From assembly GCA_002269645.1 (NCBI GenBank), contig NIVC01000802.1, forward strand, positions 1 to 51,744: a stretch of 51,744 bases of DNA, given 5' to 3'. Under the pieces are notes generated by a model that saw only the letters and a list, made by a program, of their open reading frames with translations, was not told where the DNA came from and did not search any database. The DNA comes from Macrostomum lignano (Eukaryota). The translations under genes and the position numbers were made by a program. Below are positions 46,049 through 51,744 of this stretch, piece by piece. The first letter of the stretch is position 1; the number at the start of each line of letters is the position of its first letter.

Positions 46049-46350
46049 TCCCAAAAGTTCCCAAAAGTTGCCATTGATGTTTCCATTCGCTTCTGGTGAG
46101 AAGCTCCCAAAAGTTACCAAAAGTTGCCATTGATGTTTCCATTCGTTTCTGTTGAGAAGCTCCCATAAGTTCCCAAAAGTTGCCATTGATGTTTCCATTC
46201 GCTTCTGGTGAGAAGCTCCCAAAAGTTACCAAAAGTTGCCATTGATGTTTCCATTCGTTTCTGTTGAGAAGCTCCCATAAGTTCCCAAAAGTTGCCATTG
46301 ATGTTTCCATTCGCTTCTGGTGAGAAGCTCCCAAAAGTTACCAAAAGTTA
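46049..46350. repeat. 56-bp tandem repeat
   Basis: CCAAAAGTTGCCATTGATGTTTCCATTCG...AAGCTCCC..AAGTT, about 5 copies with two alternating variants. Confidence 0.92.
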
Positions 46351-46967
46351 CAATTGATGGTTTAATTTGCCTATTGTAAGAAAATTGCTTAGGCTGACAA
46401 TTTCCGATTGTAATAATTATTCACTTCTGATTAAAAGCAAATAGAAGTTAAGGTAAAATTCTCTCAAGAGTTTTGAGTTTGGTAGTGGATCTGGGTAACA
46501 AAATGGGAGAAACAGTTTGTTAGGTGTGTATTTATAACACTGTAAATGCAAAAAATGCTGATTGGCTAGTAGTTTATAGCAGTGAAAAAAGAAGGAAACA
46601 GCAGTATGAGAATGCAATATAACGACTTAACGTAACAATGAAAAACATAAAAAGATTACCAAAAGCACACTATACATAGTAAATGCAGTGTGAGTATTGA
46701 TGAAGAGAAAGAACAACAATGTTAAATTAAATTCAAACAAAAGTTAACGTGGAGCAAAAAATGTAAGGCAAAGGTAATCTAGTTGAATTTAAACAGTTTC
46801 AACAATGGAACAGCAATTCATTTAACAATTAAAAAAATATTTTGATTCCCGTACACTAATCCCGGCACATGTTTGACGCAGTTGCAATTAGTCGAAAACG
46901 AATAGCCGTAAAGCTTATTAGCAGCAGCATACGAGTACACGGACTGGGGAATATTACAAAAAACTGT

Positions 46968-48569
46968 CTAGGTTTCGCGAACATTTCTCTTTGATCTCTT
47001 TGAGCTCCGAGAAGGTTGCTGCTTTGTTCGCTTCTCCCCTTTTTTTATTGTCCCGCCGCCACTTAGCGCACTCGTCTTGGTTGAGGAGGACTGATCGGTC
47101 CCGCCGCTTCTTAGCGCACTCGTCTCGGTTGAGGAGGACTGATCGGTCCCGCCGCTTCTTAGCGCACTCGTCTCGGTTGAGGAGGACTGATTGGTCCCGC
47201 CGCTTCTTAACGCACTCGTCTCGGTTGAGGAGGACTGATCGGTCCCGCCGCTTCTTAGCGCACTCGTCTCGGTTGAGGAGGACTGATCGGTCCCGCCGCC
47301 ACTTAGCGCACTCGTCTCGGTTGAGGAGGACTGATCGGTCCCGCCGCCACTTAGCGCACTCGTCTTGGTTGAGGAGGACTGATCGGTCCCGCCGCTTCTT
47401 AGCGCACTCGTCTCGGTTGAGGAGGACTGATCGGTCCCGCCGCTTCTTAACGCACTCGTCTCGGTTGAGGAGGACTGATCGGTCCCGCCGCTTCTTAGCG
47501 CACTCGTCTCGGTTGAGGAGGACTGATCGGTCCCGCCGCTTCTTAGCGCACTAGAATCGATCCTTTTCTTTTTCCGGCGGGCATCCAACGAGCAATATTT
47601 GAATGAATTGCGGAAAAGACCGTGTGGTAGAGGATTAGGAGAAGCAGCTGTGAGGAACTGAGTAATTGTCCTCACAATATGACAATTCGCTGGCATACGA
47701 ATTTGCTGCTTCTTGGCCATGCCAGACACGGTAGTCACGCACAATTCCGAGGTCGAAAAAAGGGAACGAATGAGGAGTCTGGTGAGCTTTCGCAACTGCT
47801 TGTCACCCGGCTCGCGACGGAGTTCAGCAACCGCATGCTCAATAGCTGCCTTCTGCTCTCTTGTAATAGTCACGTTCGGGGCGGACGCCAGAAGCGGCAC
47901 TCGTTGGTCTTCTCCCAGAATCTCGGATATGACCTCGATCGATGGGGAAGCGTGAATAGCAGGAGCTACCAAAGCTGGGGTTTGGCTTGTTGCAAGGCTT
48001 TGAGCGGCAAAGTCTTGCATAATCCGAATAACGTTGGATTGAAATTCGGATGATTCGCCAGTCGTTCTGAGACGATCAATTTCTTGGCGCAGGTCATCCA
48101 TCTCAGCATTAGCCACCTCCAAGCGCCTCTGCGTCGACTTGTGCGCATCCACCTCCTTCAGTAGCAAGTCGCGCCTTTCAGATGCTGCCGCTTTGGCGCT
48201 TTGAAGCTCGTTTTTGAGCCTGTCCATCTGCTCCTCGACAACGGCCATCTTTCGGTGCAGCACGCTGCAACTATCGCAATCCAAGTCGATGCAATAAGTT
48301 TCGTCTGGCAATTGACAACACTGCATAGCGCGAGACGCAGCCTCCTTGTTATCGAACGGGCCCTTTAATAGTTCCGCCTGTAGCAGCTGAGGCTTTGTGT
48401 GTCGTGTGTTGTGGGACGATAAGTTCACCAACACTTTCGCGAATTGCTGTGTAGGCGCTGGTGACGGTTTCACAATTCTCCTTACAGATATTGCATAGCA
48501 TTGTCTATTGTTAGTTTCTGTGCCTTGAACTACCCAGAATGGTGGGTTTTCGTAAGACAAGCTTGCCAT
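46968..48569 (-). CDS. Intronless coiled-coil + BEN-like domain protein with 16-aa repeat tail (533 aa)
   Basis: Uninterrupted 1.6-kb ORF with a CxxC followed by a coiled coil (EEQMDRLKNELQ...LRQEIDRLR). The segment LTRLLIRSLFSTSELCVTTVSG...IVRTITQF...KYCSLDARRK resembles a BEN domain. About 10 copies of ALRSGGTDQSSSTETS follow, then a basic C-terminus. Confidence 0.7.
   Translation of the reverse strand: MASLSYENPPFWVVQGTETNNRQCYAISVRRIVKPSPAPTQQFAKVLVNLSSHNTRHTKPQLLQAELLKGPFDNKEAASRAMQCCQLPDETYCIDLDCDSCSVLHRKMAVVEEQMDRLKNELQSAKAAASERRDLLLKEVDAHKSTQRRLEVANAEMDDLRQEIDRLRTTGESSEFQSNVIRIMQDFAAQSLATSQTPALVAPAIHASPSIEVISEILGEDQRVPLLASAPNVTITREQKAAIEHAVAELRREPGDKQLRKLTRLLIRSLFSTSELCVTTVSGMAKKQQIRMPANCHIVRTITQFLTAASPNPLPHGLFRNSFKYCSLDARRKKKRIDSSALRSGGTDQSSSTETSALRSGGTDQSSSTETSALRSGGTDQSSSTETSALRSGGTDQSSSTKTSALSGGGTDQSSSTETSALSGGGTDQSSSTETSALRSGGTDQSSSTETSALRSGGTNQSSSTETSALRSGGTDQSSSTETSALRSGGTDQSSSTKTSALSGGGTIKKGEKRTKQQPSRSSKRSKRNVRET
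47052..47552. repeat. 48-bp coding tandem repeat
   Basis: About 10.4 in-frame copies within the 533-aa ORF. Confidence 0.95.
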
Positions 48570-51309
48570 AACTAGTGTTTTAGTGGGTCTTGGTTAATCT
48601 CGGTTGACATAGGGAGAACGGCCTCTTGGCGCTCTAACAACTGTAGAGCGTAGTCGTCGGTCGATGTGGCCCTCGAATTTGGTAATCTGCAATCTGGAAT
48701 GGTAGATTATGAATAATATTGATGTGGCAGCATTGATATAAAATCGAGTAACATTGATAAGGTAATCCTGCAAATGTTGTAGTGAGTGCATGAGTTGCAC
48801 AGAAGTTTAACTAAAGGAATTACTAACGCAGACAATCCATGCATTTTTAATGGGATATTAGCTGGGCCAGAATTTGAAAATTAATACTTTATTATTATGG
48901 CGGTGTGGAGTGATGAGGTCTGAGAAATGGACATTTTGCATGCTAAATAATGGATGCCATACAAAGACTAATTTAATAAAATCCATCTTTTCACTTGTGC
49001 ATCTCCAGAACATCATAAAGTAACCCAGGATAACTGGTTAAATGGTGTTGACTTTAAAGAAAAATTATTATCTTCTCTTAACTAAATATATAAAACACAA
49101 AACTCTGTCCATGTGTCTGTGTGTGTGTGTGTGTGCGCGTCTGTGTGTGTGTGTGTGTGCGCGTCTGTGTAGCCGCTTTATTTATTTTTAAAGTGGCTAC
49201 ACAGATTATTATTCACACAGATTACACAGATTATTATTCCCATATTGGTACAGTAGAGCATGTGCTGGCAACCTAATAACCAGAGTAAACTTCTATCTAA
49301 TTAGGGATAAATCTGAAATATTCAATATCTTAGAAACCTTTTCTTGGTTTACCTTCAAATTTTCAGTGGAGTCTAGTTATATTATGACATATATTTGACA
49401 ATATATATAATATATAAAGTCAATACATATAATTTCTTGCGTATTAATACAAAAATGTGATTCTGATTTTCAGATAAATAAGTAGACCAATTTTGGATTT
49501 GCTCCAACAAGGTAAAATTAAATTATCTAAGACTGAAAATGTGTAAGTACAGAAGCAACTTCATAATGTAACCTATAGACTAATATCATTCTTTACCATT
49601 GTACAATTAAATCCAGTCATAAAATAATACCAAATTTTATATGTAAAGGCTACAACAGGCAGACTACTATTATTTTATACAAAATTAACTGTATATAATC
49701 TTAGAATTATGAGTCTAGATTATTGTAAAAAGTCTTTATGCATAAATATAAAAATAAATAGGATAAAATATCAGTACTTCAAGAATCCTAGGATCATTTT
49801 AAAACATATTTAAATTTCATAACAATGCAAATCATATTTCATGAAGACAATTATTGTATACAATTAAATACTAATTCTTGCTTTACTAGAACTAAAGCTT
49901 CTTTCATAATATTTCTATCTAGAGCTTTAATAAGTCTGGTTTTACCAATTCAAATCAGAGTTTTAATTGATAAAGACCTTTGTTTCATGACCTTCATACT
50001 CACATGACCATCTTAATCACATATATACATTTGACCATCACATGGAATTGTCCAGGTATTATATAGTTTTAGCAGGCTAACAAGTAATGGCTGATCAAAC
50101 TAGCTTAAAATTATATATGCATATATACTAGAAAGTATCATAAAAATTGCATTTAACTACTATAGTGATATAGTACAAAGGACATACTTAGTGGCAATGC
50201 CAAAAATATTGTAGTTATAATTTTTTGAATATAATGCCATGCAAATACGAAATTAAAAAATTAAAGTTAAAATTAGTATTTATTCCTATAACCTGTTTGG
50301 TTCAGCTTGTTTTGGTTAATGCAACAAAAAGATACAAATTTAATGCATTAATATAGTGCTTCTGCTTAATTTCTGCTTAATTTTGACTGATTAAAATAAC
50401 CTCAGTTGAAATATATTTTCATAGGCCTAGGCCCCTACTCATTAAGTTCTAATACTTAATTTCCAAAATTGCAAATTGGCATATGAATGCACATTTTTTA
50501 ATAAAAAGTTACTTAGCTATTTCTACTGATACATGCAGTTCATTCATATCAGTCTAATTTAGTTTAAATTTTTACAAAACATCTTTTCTGAGTGTGTAAT
50601 AGAAAACATAGATTGTCGTACCTGGTTAATATGACATTATGATCAGGAATTGTGTACTTGAAAAATAAGAAATATTACCACTATGTCTAGTTCCTAGTTC
50701 ATGCCTACAATTATCAACCTACTTTTGCATAATTTACCTTAGCAAACAAGCAAAACTAGACGCTAATTTCTTTAAAATAAAAAACGACTATGTGATGCTA
50801 TCTAAACACTATCACGTATTAACATACATTGTATGTACCCTGGATGTTCGTTAATAAAAAGTAAGATTTCATATAGGCCTAGCTAAAATTAACACCTGCA
50901 TACAAACTCTACGGAAGTTCCATCTGTAAATTCGATTATGATCTATAGAAAACGATTTAGTATATGTGGATTTATGAGAGTCACGAGAGTCTGGAGATAT
51001 TACACAAAGATAACATCATAATGTAACACATTAAGTAAATTATCTTCCCAGGTTGCCTAAGATGTCTGATGATAAGCGCAATATCAGAATATAGCTAGTA
51101 GTATGGCCGCTGATGGTGCACGCCATGACTGGCGCATCAGTCATTTAAAATAGATCGATATATTGGGCAGATAAATTTAACTTTAACAAATACCATCATC
51201 GGCATGATACTTATTAAACATAGTTCCGACCTTTAAAGTTGCTTTCGAGAACTTCTACTGCATTCATAATTAAATTAACATTGTACTTGTTCTTTCCGAG
51301 GCACACCTC

Positions 51310-51710
51310 ATATGAAAATTACCAGATGTTACCAATTTATTAGAAAAGTTCCCAAAAGTTTCCGTACGTAATGAGTCATGCAGGGCGCCCGCCACTCATG
51401 AGGCCACTGATAAGTTACCATAAGTTGCCGAAAATTCCCAAAAACTCACCAAAAAGTGCTAAAAGTTACCAAAAGTTTCCTAAATGTTGCCATTTTTTTA
51501 CCTCTCCAAAAAGTTACCAAAAGTTCCCATTCGCCGCGCTCAATGTTCCTAAAAGTTGCCAAACAGATAGCCAATCAGCGCACGCCACGGTGGCGCCCAC
51601 CTCTTAAACTTGAAAAGTAACCACAAGTTACCAAAATTTACCACTATTTAGCCATAAATTGCCATAAGCTACCAAATGTTCCACAAATTGTTCCATAATT
51701 TTCAACGGAA
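51310..51710. repeat. Degenerate AAAAGTT(A/C/G)CC-rich repeat related to 45860-46350
   Basis: Multiple CCAAAAGTTACC/AAGTTGCC motifs and AGCCAATCAG in the same orientation as the 46-kb block. Confidence 0.6.
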
Positions 51711-51744
51711 GTCTTTCAAACTCCAAATAGCGATTTAATAATAA

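Overview
Eukaryotic (animal) genomic DNA. Spliceosomal GT-AG introns, GC-rich coding exons, introns packed with minisatellites and the gene families present suggest a free-living flatworm such as Macrostomum; this is an inference, not a database match. Genes reconstructed by eye with phase-consistent splice sites: (1) an ankyrin-repeat + Mab-21/cGAS-like nucleotidyltransferase (cGLR) with all three catalytic acidic residues; (2) a disrupted EGFR/insulin-receptor-like ectodomain; (3) an S10 serine carboxypeptidase with a frameshift; (4) a DEG/ENaC channel whose splice donor is tandemly copied 15 times; (5) a 5-exon CoREST (ELM2-SANT-SANT) gene; (6) a 3-exon TMCC/TEX28-family gene; (7) a secreted PAN/apple + C-type lectin whose only intron looks like a SINE insertion that is spliced out exactly via its own target-site duplication; (8) an intronless coiled-coil + BEN-like protein with a 16-aa repeat tail; (9) an orphan Ala/Pro-rich ORF. 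Mobile DNA includes two copies of a tRNA-derived SINE with TSDs, a deleted mariner, several MITEs, and remnants of a Crypton-like tyrosine recombinase, a Gypsy pol and a non-LTR RNase H. There are more than a dozen tandem arrays, and no CRISPR array, rRNA or true tRNA gene. The best leads are the ANK-cGLR innate-immune candidate and the SINE-derived intron.
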